Part shown: piece by piece, positions 1 through 8,574 of the stretch
Layout of the letters: every line of letters starts with the position of its first letter
Position numbering within the stretch: position 1 is the stretch's first letter
Assembly: GCA_963790475.1 (NCBI GenBank)
Contig: CAWBOS010000012.1
Coordinates: forward strand, 1,216,001 to 1,280,000
Direction of reading: 5' to 3'
DNA: 64,000 nt
Origin: an uncultured delta proteobacterium
GTDB taxonomy: Bacteria > Desulfobacterota > RBG-13-43-22
Program-made: the position numbers and the translations under genes
The notes under the pieces: generated by a model
Databases searched by the model: none
What the model was told of the DNA's origin: nothing
Seen by the model: only the letters and a program-made list of their open reading frames with translations

Positions 1-413
1 GTCTTGTCGTCATATTTGGCCACGGCCTTTTTGCCTTCTTCCATGAAATCCGGGGAGTACTTTTCTAATATGCTTAAAAGGGCATCATGCCTCTCGCTCC
101 CCTGTACTTCGGTTGCCGTCCCAAAGACAATGGCACTCTCATATTCGGTTGTAAATTTGTCCGGAAGGACTCTGGTCTTGCCGACCACGCAAAAAGAGAC
201 CTTATTATTAGCCTTAATGTTGTCTAATTTATGTCCTTCCAAGGCACAATGAAAATATAGGCGATCGTCTTTAAAGACATAATTTAATGGAACCCCATAG
301 GCCTGCCCATCCTTACCCGCTGTGGACAAAACACCGTATTCACCCTCGGCCAGCAAGCTGGTCGCCACATCGATACTAATTTCCCTGTCTTTTCTTCTGA
401 CATTTTTATGCAT
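1..413 (-). CDS. Pyridoxamine 5'-phosphate oxidase-like / NimA-family flavin-binding protein (runs off window start)
   Basis: Manual translation from ATG at 413: MHKNVRRKDREI...EYGVLST...YGVPLNYV...LYFHCALEGHKLDNI...VSFCVV...TTEYESAIVFG. Absent from the ORF track because it has no stop in the window. Confidence 0.85.
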   Translation of the reverse strand, partial: MHKNVRRKDREISIDVATSLLAEGEYGVLSTAGKDGQAYGVPLNYVFKDDRLYFHCALEGHKLDNIKANNKVSFCVVGKTRVLPDKFTTEYESAIVFGTATEVQGSERHDALLSILEKYSPDFMEEGKKAVAKYDDK

Positions 414-464
414 TAGTTTTCCTTTAATTACTCGTTCTGAAATTCCAACCTGGGGACAGTTCGG

Positions 465-800
465 CTATAGGGTTTTGGCTTCCAATAATCGCCGTTGCAA
501 AAGTGTCTGCATGTCACGACGACCATCAGCAATCAACAGGACGTAGACATTCTTTTTTACGACTCGGTAAATGATGCGATAGGGTTTGAAGAAAATCTCG
601 CGATATTCAATAATCCCGAGGGCCATCAGTTCTTTAGGATAGGCACCCCGCTCGGGGAATTCCGACAGCCGGGAAAAGGCTTTCTCGATTTGCTCCAAAA
701 CGTAGTCCGCTTTTTGAGGACCATCGTGTAAAGCAATATAGTCATAAAGCTCATCGAGATCACATGCCGCGTCATTGGTCAGGAAAACGGCAAACGACAT
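465..800 (-). CDS. RelE/ParE-family type II toxin
   Basis: 111 aa with DLDELYDYIA...FPERG...YREIFFKPYRIIYRV...ADGRRDM; TGATG coupling to the upstream antitoxin. Confidence 0.9.
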   Translation of the reverse strand: MSFAVFLTNDAACDLDELYDYIALHDGPQKADYVLEQIEKAFSRLSEFPERGAYPKELMALGIIEYREIFFKPYRIIYRVVKKNVYVLLIADGRRDMQTLLQRRLLEAKTL

Positions 801-1075
801 CAGTGAGCCTCCCGCTGCTTGCGCAGACGTTTGATCACCTCCTCGGCGGGCTGGACCTTCCCTTCCCTAATCTGACGGGTCCCGAGCGCCAGGATCTTCA
901 GAAGAGCCATCGTTTCCTGGGTCTGCTCATAGCTTTCGATGTCTTGAATAACCACCTTGGCTTCACCGTTCTGGGTGATGACCAGAGGTTCCCTCTGTTC
1001 GTTCAATTTCCTTACGATTTCGGCGGCATGGGACTTCAGGTAGCTGATGGGCTTGATCTGGCTGGATAGTTTCAT
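800..1075 (-). CDS. Phd/YefM-family antitoxin
   Basis: MKLSSQIKPISYLKSHAAEIV...PLVITQNGEAKVVIQD; GGAGGA RBS before ATG at 1075. Confidence 0.9.
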   Translation of the reverse strand: MKLSSQIKPISYLKSHAAEIVRKLNEQREPLVITQNGEAKVVIQDIESYEQTQETMALLKILALGTRQIREGKVQPAEEVIKRLRKQREAH

Positions 1076-1099
1076 GGGGTTCCTCCATTTCTCGAACAT

Positions 1100-1134
1100 G
1101 ACTAAATATAGTCCGAAAACAGGTCATCTGTCAA
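1100..1134 (-). promoter_or_regulatory. Sigma-70 promoter with overlapping palindromic operator for the TA pair
   Basis: Minus strand TTGACA-N18-TATATT; palindrome GACTA-AATA-TAGTC (1100-1113) overlaps the -10. Confidence 0.6.
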
Positions 1135-1352
1135 GAGGAATGGTGAATAGCTTGGCCTAAGTTTATGGTTGGCCATCTCATGCCTGGAGGTTTTTGGGCT
1201 CTTCCCCGTAACTGATCGGATTCCTTTTCTTGTCTTTTTTTGAGAAGTTGAGTAATCTACTTCCGCTTTGTTCTTCAGGAGATGGTTGACTTTTTAAGTC
1301 TTTCATAGATTTAATTCTGGCAATGAATGCTTTTGGGAAGGATTTAAATCCA

Positions 1353-2501
1353 ATGCGTTTTTTTGAAAATATCGAGAGAGCCGAATTCATAGACCGGCCG
1401 AATCGTTTTCTGGTGCGTTGTCGGAAAGATGGACAGGAAATAACGGCCTTTCTTCCCAACCCGGGGCGGCTCCAGGAACTCCTGGTTCCCGGCCGGCCCA
1501 TTTTTTTAATATGGGACGGCCCCTCCAGCCTTCGAAAAAATCCCTATACCGCAGTGGCCGTGGAACGGGAAGGACTCCCGATTATGCTCCATACCCACAA
1601 GACCAATGCGGTGGCCCGTTATCTGATTGATAAGGGCAGGGTTCCCGGGCTGGAAGGGGCCAGAGTGATCGGGCAGGAGATACCGATCGGCCATTCTCGT
1701 TTTGACCTTTTGGTCGAAGACCAAGGGAAACCCATTTTATTGGAAGTCAAATCCTGCACCCTGGTGGGTGAACGGTTGGCCATGTTTCCCGATGCCGTGA
1801 CCGAAAGAGGTGCCCGCCATCTTCGGGAATTGGCCGAACTTTCCGAAAAGGGGAGAGAGAGCGGAGTACTCTTTGTGGTCCATTGGCCCATGGCCGATTT
1901 CTTTCTCCCGGACTACCATACCGATCTCCATTTTGCCCGGACCATGCTGGCTTGTAAAGGACAGGTCCGATTCTTCCCGGTATCGGTGAAATGGGAAAAG
2001 GATCTTTCCCTGGATTCAAAGACCAGGCTGTTAACCATCCCCTGGGATTTTATAAAAAGGGAAGCGGAAGACCGGGGGAGTTATCTGGTGATTTTGAAAT
2101 TAGGGGAGGGGAAAGCCATTGCTATCGGCAAAATAGGAAAAATCGTATTCCCTACTGGCTATTATATTTATGTGGGTTCAGCAATGACCAACCTGACCGC
2201 CCGTGTTGAAAGGCATCGCAGGTTAAGAAAAAATCACCATTGGCATATTGATTATTTAAGACAGGAAGCAGAATTTGAAACGGCCTTGCCGGTCCGTTCT
2301 TCTGTTTCTCTGGAATGTCCGATGGCCGAAGCTATGAAAAAAATCGCCGATTGGGAGATCCCCGGTTTCGGGTCCAGCGACTGTTCCTGTCCCAGCCATC
2401 TTTTCGGGATGAAGGACCATCCTTTTCATTCTTCCGAATTTATTAACCTGATCCAACATTTCAGGATGGACCGCCTTTATCCTTTATTGAAAAGAGAGTG
2501 A
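1353..2501 (+). CDS. sfsA: DNA/RNA nuclease SfsA fused to C-terminal GIY-YIG (DUF123) domain
   Basis: RPNRF, LPNPGRL, SRFDL, EVKSCTL, FPDAVTERGARHL (SfsA); GSYLV...YIYVGSA...RVERH...HWHIDYL...GFGSSDCSCPSHL (DUF123). Confidence 0.9.
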   Translation: MRFFENIERAEFIDRPNRFLVRCRKDGQEITAFLPNPGRLQELLVPGRPIFLIWDGPSSLRKNPYTAVAVEREGLPIMLHTHKTNAVARYLIDKGRVPGLEGARVIGQEIPIGHSRFDLLVEDQGKPILLEVKSCTLVGERLAMFPDAVTERGARHLRELAELSEKGRESGVLFVVHWPMADFFLPDYHTDLHFARTMLACKGQVRFFPVSVKWEKDLSLDSKTRLLTIPWDFIKREAEDRGSYLVILKLGEGKAIAIGKIGKIVFPTGYYIYVGSAMTNLTARVERHRRLRKNHHWHIDYLRQEAEFETALPVRSSVSLECPMAEAMKKIADWEIPGFGSSDCSCPSHLFGMKDHPFHSSEFINLIQHFRMDRLYPLLKRE

Positions 2502-2561
2502 CGTAAAAGCTAAGGGGCGCGGCGGTTTTTTGCCGGGTCCTCCTTGAGCGACTTGTTGGCC
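2496..2561 (-). mobile_element. attC site terminating the array (R' non-canonical)
   Basis: Minus strand GGCCAAC-AAGTC-GCTCAAG...GGCAAAAAACCGCC...CCTTAGC-TTTTAC-GTCACTC; imperfect palindrome with attC architecture. Confidence 0.75.
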
Positions 2562-2647
2562 TTTTTCTTCAATTCGAAAGTCTTGAGCTTTCGATTGAAC
2601 TCGTAAAGGTCACTGAGCTTTTTAAGTACGCTATCGATTCTTGTCAT
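2510..2647 (-). CDS. Small (45 aa) partner ORF overlapping the nucleotidyltransferase 3' end
   Basis: MTRIDSVLKKLSDLYEFNRKLK...; same position and shared EFNR motif as the small ORF at 23595-23765. Confidence 0.5.
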   Translation of the reverse strand: MTRIDSVLKKLSDLYEFNRKLKTFELKKKANKSLKEDPAKNRRAP

Positions 2648-3092
2648 CTTCAAGCTTCTCTATGTCAGCCTGGTCCTGCTTCGAGTACCTCGTCCTCTTA
2701 AGCCAGATCAGGTCTTTTTTATTCGCAACCATCACTCTCCCTTCTTCCGAATCCGCCTCCAACGCATCCTGGATTATCCTCTTGACCTCATCATCTTCGG
2801 CAATGAGAATATCGATCATCATTTCATCTACTGGGGCTGCAACCTTCAAAAACCGATGCAGTTCGATGGCCACGTTGCTGAATGTCCGGGGTGATGCCGA
2901 TTCGAAATACCCATCATTCTCGAGAATGCCTTTAATTTTCACGAAATCCACTGACTCAACAAGAAGGTCGATATCCCGGGTAAAACGTGGGTCGGCATAG
3001 AATGCCATGGCAACCCCACCCACAAGGGCATACCTCACTTTCTGTTTTTCCAACTCACGTATCAATCGTTTGAATTCTTCGAATACATTCAT
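2631..3092 (-). CDS. Nucleotidyltransferase (DUF6036/AbiEii-like fold), cassette-borne
   Basis: YALVGGVAM...PRFTRDIDLLV...IDIL...DLIWLK...KQDQADI. Confidence 0.85.
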   Translation of the reverse strand: MNVFEEFKRLIRELEKQKVRYALVGGVAMAFYADPRFTRDIDLLVESVDFVKIKGILENDGYFESASPRTFSNVAIELHRFLKVAAPVDEMMIDILIAEDDEVKRIIQDALEADSEEGRVMVANKKDLIWLKRTRYSKQDQADIEKLEDDKNR

Positions 3093-3107
3093 GTTGTCTT
3101 CCTCATG

Positions 3108-3255
3108 GGCCAATAAGTTATTCTACAGTTTCAGTATAAATCACCAGCCCAAAGATTCCCCAACGCTGCATATTTGCTTTCTCTGCCGGACTCGCAACGG
3201 TTTCTTTTATTATAGCACACACCACCCTTTCCAATGAATTAAAATATTCTGACAG
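3108..3255 (-). promoter_or_regulatory. attI-like site plus promoter element, copy B
   Basis: Aligns along its length with 8575-8723; GTAGAAT-AACTT-ATTGGCC; TGCTATAAT at 3209-3217. Confidence 0.65.
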
Positions 3256-3359
3256 GTTTTTTGACGGGATATGGGGTCAGCAATAATCACAAATCATGGT
3301 TTGCCCCCATATCCCCCATAAAGCAAAATGCTAAAAAAATAGAACTGACCCTCCCTCTT

Positions 3360-3461
3360 GTAGATGGCCATGTCCAATCCACCGCAAAGAGCATGCTAGA
3401 TCTTCTCTTCGTTTAGTCTTGTGATCAGGTTCTTCAGTTCGTCTAACATATCCATGATCAT
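3360..3461 (-). pseudogene. Truncated nucleotidyltransferase cassette remnant
   Basis: Directly after attC: MIMDMLDELKNLITRLNEEKI*HALCGGLDMAIY, homologous to the N-terminus of 2631-3092; internal stop and truncation. Confidence 0.7.
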
Positions 3462-3469
3462 ATCCCCTC

Positions 3470-3518
3470 ACCTAACGTCCAGTTCACCAGCTTGGCTGGT
3501 GAAACTGTTTTGTTAGGC
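3470..3518 (-). mobile_element. attC site (49 bp)
   Basis: GCCTAAC-AAAAC-AGTTTCAC-CAGCCAAGCTG-GTGAACT-GGAC-GTTAGGT; R'' contains the TAA of the upstream gene; extra base in L''. Confidence 0.9.
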
Positions 3519-5030
3519 TGTTTGCGAATTCACCTTCTCGGCCAATATTTCAGCCGTTTTTTCTATGCCTGCTTGGTTTAGATCAATGTGCCCAATCGTC
3601 GAATGAATTCCTACCACATTTACATCATCTATCCGTAGTGGAAGAAGGTATTCATTGGTCCGCTTTTCTGCGGCAGCCTTACCAATTGATAACTCGAAAT
3701 CAGTCCAATCTCGTTCAGGGTATGACTTCGACAAAAAAACAACCATGTAGAGGGCTTCATTGGCGTAAACTTCTGATAGCCGTGTCCTTAAATCCTTCCC
3801 CCACAACTGCGCCTGCTGATCGAAGTCATAAAATACAGTAAGTCCACGGTTTTTCAAGGCCCGAACGAATTCTTCCACCGAAGCGCGGACATCCCCGGCA
3901 AAGGAAACCGCAACATCATATGGGTATTGGCTCGAACGTAATTGAATCCGTGACCTTATGTCGGTGATGTCAAGAAGGTTCATGTAAAATCGTAATGACG
4001 GATCTTCAATCGATATATAGCTTCCACCTTTCTTGTAAAAAAGAATGTCATCCAACCCCTTCTGCTCAATTACGTCACTGAGATTGTTCAGACAGTTATA
4101 GAAAGATGTTGCCTTTCTAGCCCGCTCCTTAGGATCGGAAATGCTTCCTACTATCGAGCGATATAGTCCCTCAGTGGGTATTTCGGACGCAGGTGAGCTT
4201 GCGATGTAAGCAACAATGTCGAAATAGGTATTGTGGACCGATTTGGCTTGCTGTTTTCCTTTCGCCAAACCAACCACTTTATCGCGGTACTTGCCATGGA
4301 AAATCCGCAGAACGGCTTCTCTAATGCTCATTAGCGTGGTGTCGATAACCTTTAATTCTAACTGCGTTTCTTCGATCTTCGCATCGATGCAGCACACCCT
4401 GGCTATAACGTGTACAATTGACGGAACTCCATTAGAAGCCTTCACAATCTCTTTAGTGAGAGAGTCTGTAAAACTAATTTTGAGAGCTGCTGACCCTAGG
4501 CGAAGGAGTTCCTTACAGAAGTTGTCCGACTGAGTTTTCAATTCGTATGGATCGTTACGAATGCCGAGTTCCGGGTCAGTACCATATAACTCCTCAGCAG
4601 AAGTGGCAATACCGATAATAATGAAGCGAACGTTTTTTTCATGCCAGAGCTTTAATTTCGACGCGATTTCAAGGCGAGCCCCCTGCTTAATGAAGTGAAA
4701 GTCATCGATCACAACGAAGCTGACAAGTTGTAATAACTCAGTTATTTGATTAAAAGAAGGGGCGGTCCCAAGTTCCTGAGCTAGCAGAAGTATCCCAGAA
4801 TCTACATCTGCATACTGTCGCCCATTGATCCAAAGGACGTCCGTCTCGGCAATTGATAGTTCTCGAAGGATTTTTCTCGCAACTGTTGTTTTTCCAGTGC
4901 CAGACGCGCCGGATAAGGTGATGTGCTTACCTGGAGTCTTAAATGACGCTTTGATGTACGGGTATTCCTTCGGCTCTACAAAAGTTACTTCAGGGAACGC
5001 TGCTTCATTAAATACATGTTCAAGTTGCAT
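3513..5030 (-). CDS. P-loop ATPase with C-terminal TIR domain (defence-like), cassette-borne
   Basis: Walker A GASGTGKT, Walker B VVIDDFH; TIR motifs YDVAVSFAG, VFYD, VVFLSKSY, WTDFEL. Confidence 0.85.
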   Translation of the reverse strand: MQLEHVFNEAAFPEVTFVEPKEYPYIKASFKTPGKHITLSGASGTGKTTVARKILRELSIAETDVLWINGRQYADVDSGILLLAQELGTAPSFNQITELLQLVSFVVIDDFHFIKQGARLEIASKLKLWHEKNVRFIIIGIATSAEELYGTDPELGIRNDPYELKTQSDNFCKELLRLGSAALKISFTDSLTKEIVKASNGVPSIVHVIARVCCIDAKIEETQLELKVIDTTLMSIREAVLRIFHGKYRDKVVGLAKGKQQAKSVHNTYFDIVAYIASSPASEIPTEGLYRSIVGSISDPKERARKATSFYNCLNNLSDVIEQKGLDDILFYKKGGSYISIEDPSLRFYMNLLDITDIRSRIQLRSSQYPYDVAVSFAGDVRASVEEFVRALKNRGLTVFYDFDQQAQLWGKDLRTRLSEVYANEALYMVVFLSKSYPERDWTDFELSIGKAAAEKRTNEYLLPLRIDDVNVVGIHSTIGHIDLNQAGIEKTAEILAEKVNSQTA

Positions 5031-5201
5031 TCATGCCCCCCATTTAAATTTAAATCGCCATCTAAACTTTAACCTTCAGTTCATAGAATATTGCACCAAG
5101 CACGTCAGGATACAGGAGACTGTACATCAGCCGATTTAGCGGACTCTCATTCTGTTCCTTATCAGTATCAGTAAAGAAGGAACCATCTGCGCCTCCCTTT
5201 A

Positions 5202-5262
5202 ACCCAACGCTACTAATCAGCCGCGAGGCTTTTTGCGTCGGCTAAAATATCCTAGGTTAGCC
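5202..5262 (-). mobile_element. attC site
   Basis: GGCTAAC...AGCCGACGCAAAAAGCCTCGCGGCTG...GTTGGGT immediately after the stop at 5264. Confidence 0.8.
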
Positions 5263-5263
5263 G

Positions 5264-6025
5264 CTATAATTTTTCCTTTTTAAGTTCATCAAATTCTTTT
5301 TTCTTTGCAGGAAGTCTCTCAAATATGTAGTCCAGATACTCTTCTATTGCTGCGGCCGGTGGATTTTTATATTCAGCTGCATGTTGAATTATGTAACGAT
5401 ACTTTGTGTAGAACGGATGGAGGGTAATTAATCCCACGCCGAACTGACCGCAAAGGCCCACAATATCTTCTAATCCATCGAGCCTGCTATCCTTGTCCCT
5501 TTCGATGACTACATAGGCTTCATTTGAAAATATCCCATGGGAGGCAGCCTCATAGACACAACTCGAGTTCCACTTGTCTTTTGGTTTTATCTCATATGTG
5601 GTTAAGGCAACCGCCTTTATACCCAATAAAGGATAGTGCTGAATGGAAATCTTCACAACGTCCGGATTTGCCCATTTACCCCGCTTTTTAAAACCGCTCG
5701 TGTCGCATAATACAGCTAATTCCTCATTCTCGTCTTTTTCCGCCTCCAATACTTCTATGAAAGGCGTGTAAATAGCCAGTTCCTTCTTCGAGGCCTTTTC
5801 TTCGGGTGGTGCGATTTGTTGTTCCCCTGTCTCTGTTAATTGTATCCCTCCACCACGACAGCAATATTTCTTTACAAAACTACCATCTAGAAGCCTCTGG
5901 CGAACCTTGTCGTAGCGTTGATCGTTCAAGTCGAGCTTAGATCTGATTTGATAATTTGAGGTGGGGCCATTGTCAAAAAGAAGTTGTAGTACCCTTTTTG
6001 TGTCTTTCATCTTTGGCATCGTCAC
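5264..6025 (-). CDS. Winged-helix plus PD-(D/E)XK-like nuclease domain protein, cassette-borne
   Basis: N-terminal wHTH-like region (GGGIQLT); GKWANPDVV...YEIK...YEAASH...SNEAYVV. Confidence 0.65.
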   Translation of the reverse strand: MTMPKMKDTKRVLQLLFDNGPTSNYQIRSKLDLNDQRYDKVRQRLLDGSFVKKYCCRGGGIQLTETGEQQIAPPEEKASKKELAIYTPFIEVLEAEKDENEELAVLCDTSGFKKRGKWANPDVVKISIQHYPLLGIKAVALTTYEIKPKDKWNSSCVYEAASHGIFSNEAYVVIERDKDSRLDGLEDIVGLCGQFGVGLITLHPFYTKYRYIIQHAAEYKNPPAAAIEEYLDYIFERLPAKKKEFDELKKEKL

Positions 6026-6050
6026 TCCTTTATTCTTGCGGGCATTATGA

Positions 6051-6111
6051 GGCTAATCGCGGCGCTGACGAATTTAGCGCCGTGATTCTCGGTGACGCAG
6101 TCGTCGAGAAC
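6051..6111 (-). mobile_element. Candidate gene-less mini-cassette with degenerate att hairpin
   Basis: G|TTCTCG...CGAGAAT-CACGGCGCT-N9-AGCGCCGCG-ATTAGCC. Confidence 0.5.
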
Positions 6112-6159
6112 GAAAAAATCAGCCGGAGTGTAGCGATCGGCTGAATTGATTGGTTAAGA
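6105..6159 (-). mobile_element. attC site
   Basis: TCTTAAC-CAATC-AATTCAGCCGATCGCTACACTCCGGCTGATTT-TTTC-GTTCTCG; TAA stop inside R''. Confidence 0.8.
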
Positions 6160-6917
6160 CTTCATATCTTCGGGACTCAATCTTTGAACAGGCATACTTT
6201 CAATATTCTGTCCAAACCCGATTACCTTGTCGAAAAGGGCGAGACAATTCCCTTCTGTTACGAAAAGCACCAGAGACAGCCACTGCGCTTCTTGGTAAAT
6301 ACTGAAATGCATGTGGAGGCCAAAATCTACTTTCGATAGGGCCACGGTGCCGTATTCAGCCCCTCTATTAGTTTAGCTTCCTGCCTACAATATGATATGA
6401 TCTTTTCCAAATCGTCGTGAAAATCGTCAGGATGCCACGCCAGCCAGTCTGAGTCTTTTCCGTTCTTCTTGGGCTTGAATGAACAATACTGCGTATAGGG
6501 CTTTTGACCGTCCGTGAGAAAATCAAAGAATGATGGATCAATAGGCTCGTGTCTAAAAAACCCCGTTCTGCCTTCGTGAAGTGAGTCCCATGTTTCTAAG
6601 TTGGGCGAAAATGGGAGTTCGGTGAGCAAGACCACCGGGTGAGGATTGTTCTTTGCTTCGCAGACAAAACGAACCGATACACAGACTTTCGTATCAAGAG
6701 GTGGCCTCTCGTGGACAGAATCCCAAAGTTCTGCTACGAGATCGATTTCACGGCTTTTCCCTGTTGTTGGGTCAATGATCCGCTGGTTTGGTTCAATAAA
6801 GAATCCGTTTTGGACAAGGGAGTGTACTATTCTAGACTCCATTACATACCCAGACCGCAAAAGTGCGTCGGACATCATAGACTCAATTGATTCCAGACTT
6901 TTTGTTTTCTTGGTCAT
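6154..6917 (-). pseudogene. Frameshifted restriction-endonuclease-like cassette gene (ORFs 6327-6917 and 6154-6345)
   Basis: SGYVME...DPTTGKSREIDLVAE...VCEAKNN motif; two overlapping ORFs inside one cassette, the second ending in the attC R''. Confidence 0.6.
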
Positions 6918-6924
6918 TGTTCAG

Positions 6925-6984
6925 CCATAAAAGTGCACCTCAAGAGCGGCGCGAAGCGACGTCATCTGCGTGTGCTTGTTGTGT
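6925..6984 (-). mobile_element. attC site with mutated R' (TTT instead of GTT)
   Basis: ACACAAC-AAGCA-CACGCAGATGACGTCGCTTCGCGCCGCTCTTGAGGTGCACT-TTTATGG. Confidence 0.7.
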
Positions 6985-7450
6985 CTGTATCTATCTTTTC
7001 TTTGGTTACGTTCCACTCTCGCTTCAGGATCCTACGTGAGACTGCCATGATCTCCGTATGCGACTTACAAAAATCCTCGTCACCTTCCTTACCACGTTCA
7101 AGTGAGGTGATCATCTTTCGGATAAGACGCTCAAGTTCATTATGATCGTCTTCCATAGGATTCAGCATGAGCTGAATCCTATGCTCCAATAAAGAAAGAT
7201 GCTGATATTCAGAATCCTCTCGTTCTTCAAACCCAGCACAGTAGTAATGCTGTGCACGACTGGTAAGTTCCGCAAGCACGTCACGTAGGTTGTTGATCCA
7301 CGCTTGCCGCATGGGGGCAATGATTTGTTTATGGGACGTTACGAGCGCACTGGCAATCTGTCGTTTTGCAACGAGGTATGAAATGATTGGCCCCACGAAA
7401 ACAGCAAGGGCGGCCACGACTAGCGATAAGATGGGAATTACCTCATTCAT
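6962..7450 (-). CDS. Hypothetical protein with N-terminal TM helix, cassette-borne
   Basis: 162 aa; hydrophobic N-terminus then helical domain (RQAWINNLRD...ILKREW); AAGGA RBS; bounded by attC sites. Confidence 0.75.
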   Translation of the reverse strand: MNEVIPILSLVVAALAVFVGPIISYLVAKRQIASALVTSHKQIIAPMRQAWINNLRDVLAELTSRAQHYYCAGFEEREDSEYQHLSLLEHRIQLMLNPMEDDHNELERLIRKMITSLERGKEGDEDFCKSHTEIMAVSRRILKREWNVTKEKIDTDTTSTRR

Positions 7451-7465
7451 TCTTTATTCCTTTTG

Positions 7466-7522
7466 ACATAACGTATACTTCAAGGGTGGCAGGATGCCGT
7501 CACGTGGAAGTGATTGTTGGGC
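7466..7522 (-). mobile_element. attC site
   Basis: GCCCAAC-AATCA-CTTCCACGTGACGGCATCCTGCCACCCTTGAAG-TATAC-GTTATGT. Confidence 0.85.
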
Positions 7523-8525
7523 CTTCCTTTCTATCTACGTATTGATGAATCCAAGACATGATGCCGTCAATGTCCTTAAGATCCAACTCCCATAAGTGTG
7601 CTTCTGCAAACTCAACCGCCGGGCGTGTGAAACCTGAGGTAGTCGCCAAGATCGCTTTACTGGCTCCGATGTGGTGCTTGACCCCGTAAAGGGACCGGAC
7701 CAACGCAACGTCCACTCTTCTTTCCTTCGAATACCGCTTGCACTCGACAAGGAAGCGCAATGGAACTTTATGAAGATTCGTCACAGCAAGAATGTCGACA
7801 CCTCCGTCACGAGTCCGTTTCGTTTGTTCTACCGAGTAGCCAAGTCCCTTGAACAGCTCAGCCATTAGGTCTTCGAAAGGCTGAGAACCAACCTGGTAAA
7901 TAAGCTCGGGATTCTTAACTATTTTTTTTATGAGTAGCTCGCCGATGTCTATAATAAGAGGAATTCCTTGTTCGCTGTATGGCGTTTCCTCCGGCAAAGC
8001 AATCCAATTCTCCTTGCAGATGTCGAAAACCGCCTCTGCAATATGTACTGTCTCTGGTGATAATATGGGAAGCAACTCGTAGGCGCATTTCAGGACATCT
8101 GTTCCTGGGGTAACTTGGTCGTGGGCCACACAACTGATCGAGAATAGCCATGCTTCCGCTTCGGCAACGTCACGGAGTCTCTGCCACGATTCCTCTGGCC
8201 GGGAATCCATGTGATCAAGCATTAAATGCGCAAGTTCGTGGTAGAATACCAGTCTATCCTGTGCGACGGCACTAATTTGAGAAAGAATCATGCCCATAGA
8301 ACCGTCTGGCATGGTCAGGCTGAGGCCACGAGCTTCCCCGACGGAGTCGCTGGTATCGATCGCTATAGTGAAACCAAGGTCCTTGCAGAGGTCAACGGCG
8401 ACCTCGGGAAAAGGTCGTGATCGGTAGCTTTTCGAAATGCCCGCGATTTCAAGGGACTTGTCGAACACCGCCTTCAGACGTATGGGATTGCCACCCACCA
8501 ACTTCGCCAATTCGTCAATATCCAA
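7500..8525 (-). CDS. ImmA/IrrE-like metallopeptidase domain fused to Mrr-like restriction endonuclease domain, first cassette
   Basis: HELAH (HExxH) then EAEA; C-terminal FEDLMAELF..LGY...DGGVDI...VECKRY...ATTSGFT. Confidence 0.8.
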   Translation of the reverse strand: MDIDELAKLVGGNPIRLKAVFDKSLEIAGISKSYRSRPFPEVAVDLCKDLGFTIAIDTSDSVGEARGLSLTMPDGSMGMILSQISAVAQDRLVFYHELAHLMLDHMDSRPEESWQRLRDVAEAEAWLFSISCVAHDQVTPGTDVLKCAYELLPILSPETVHIAEAVFDICKENWIALPEETPYSEQGIPLIIDIGELLIKKIVKNPELIYQVGSQPFEDLMAELFKGLGYSVEQTKRTRDGGVDILAVTNLHKVPLRFLVECKRYSKERRVDVALVRSLYGVKHHIGASKAILATTSGFTRPAVEFAEAHLWELDLKDIDGIMSWIHQYVDRKEGPTITST

Positions 8526-8574
8526 TTCTATTCCTCAAGTAGGACCCTGTCTCCACATTGGCGACGTCGCAGGC

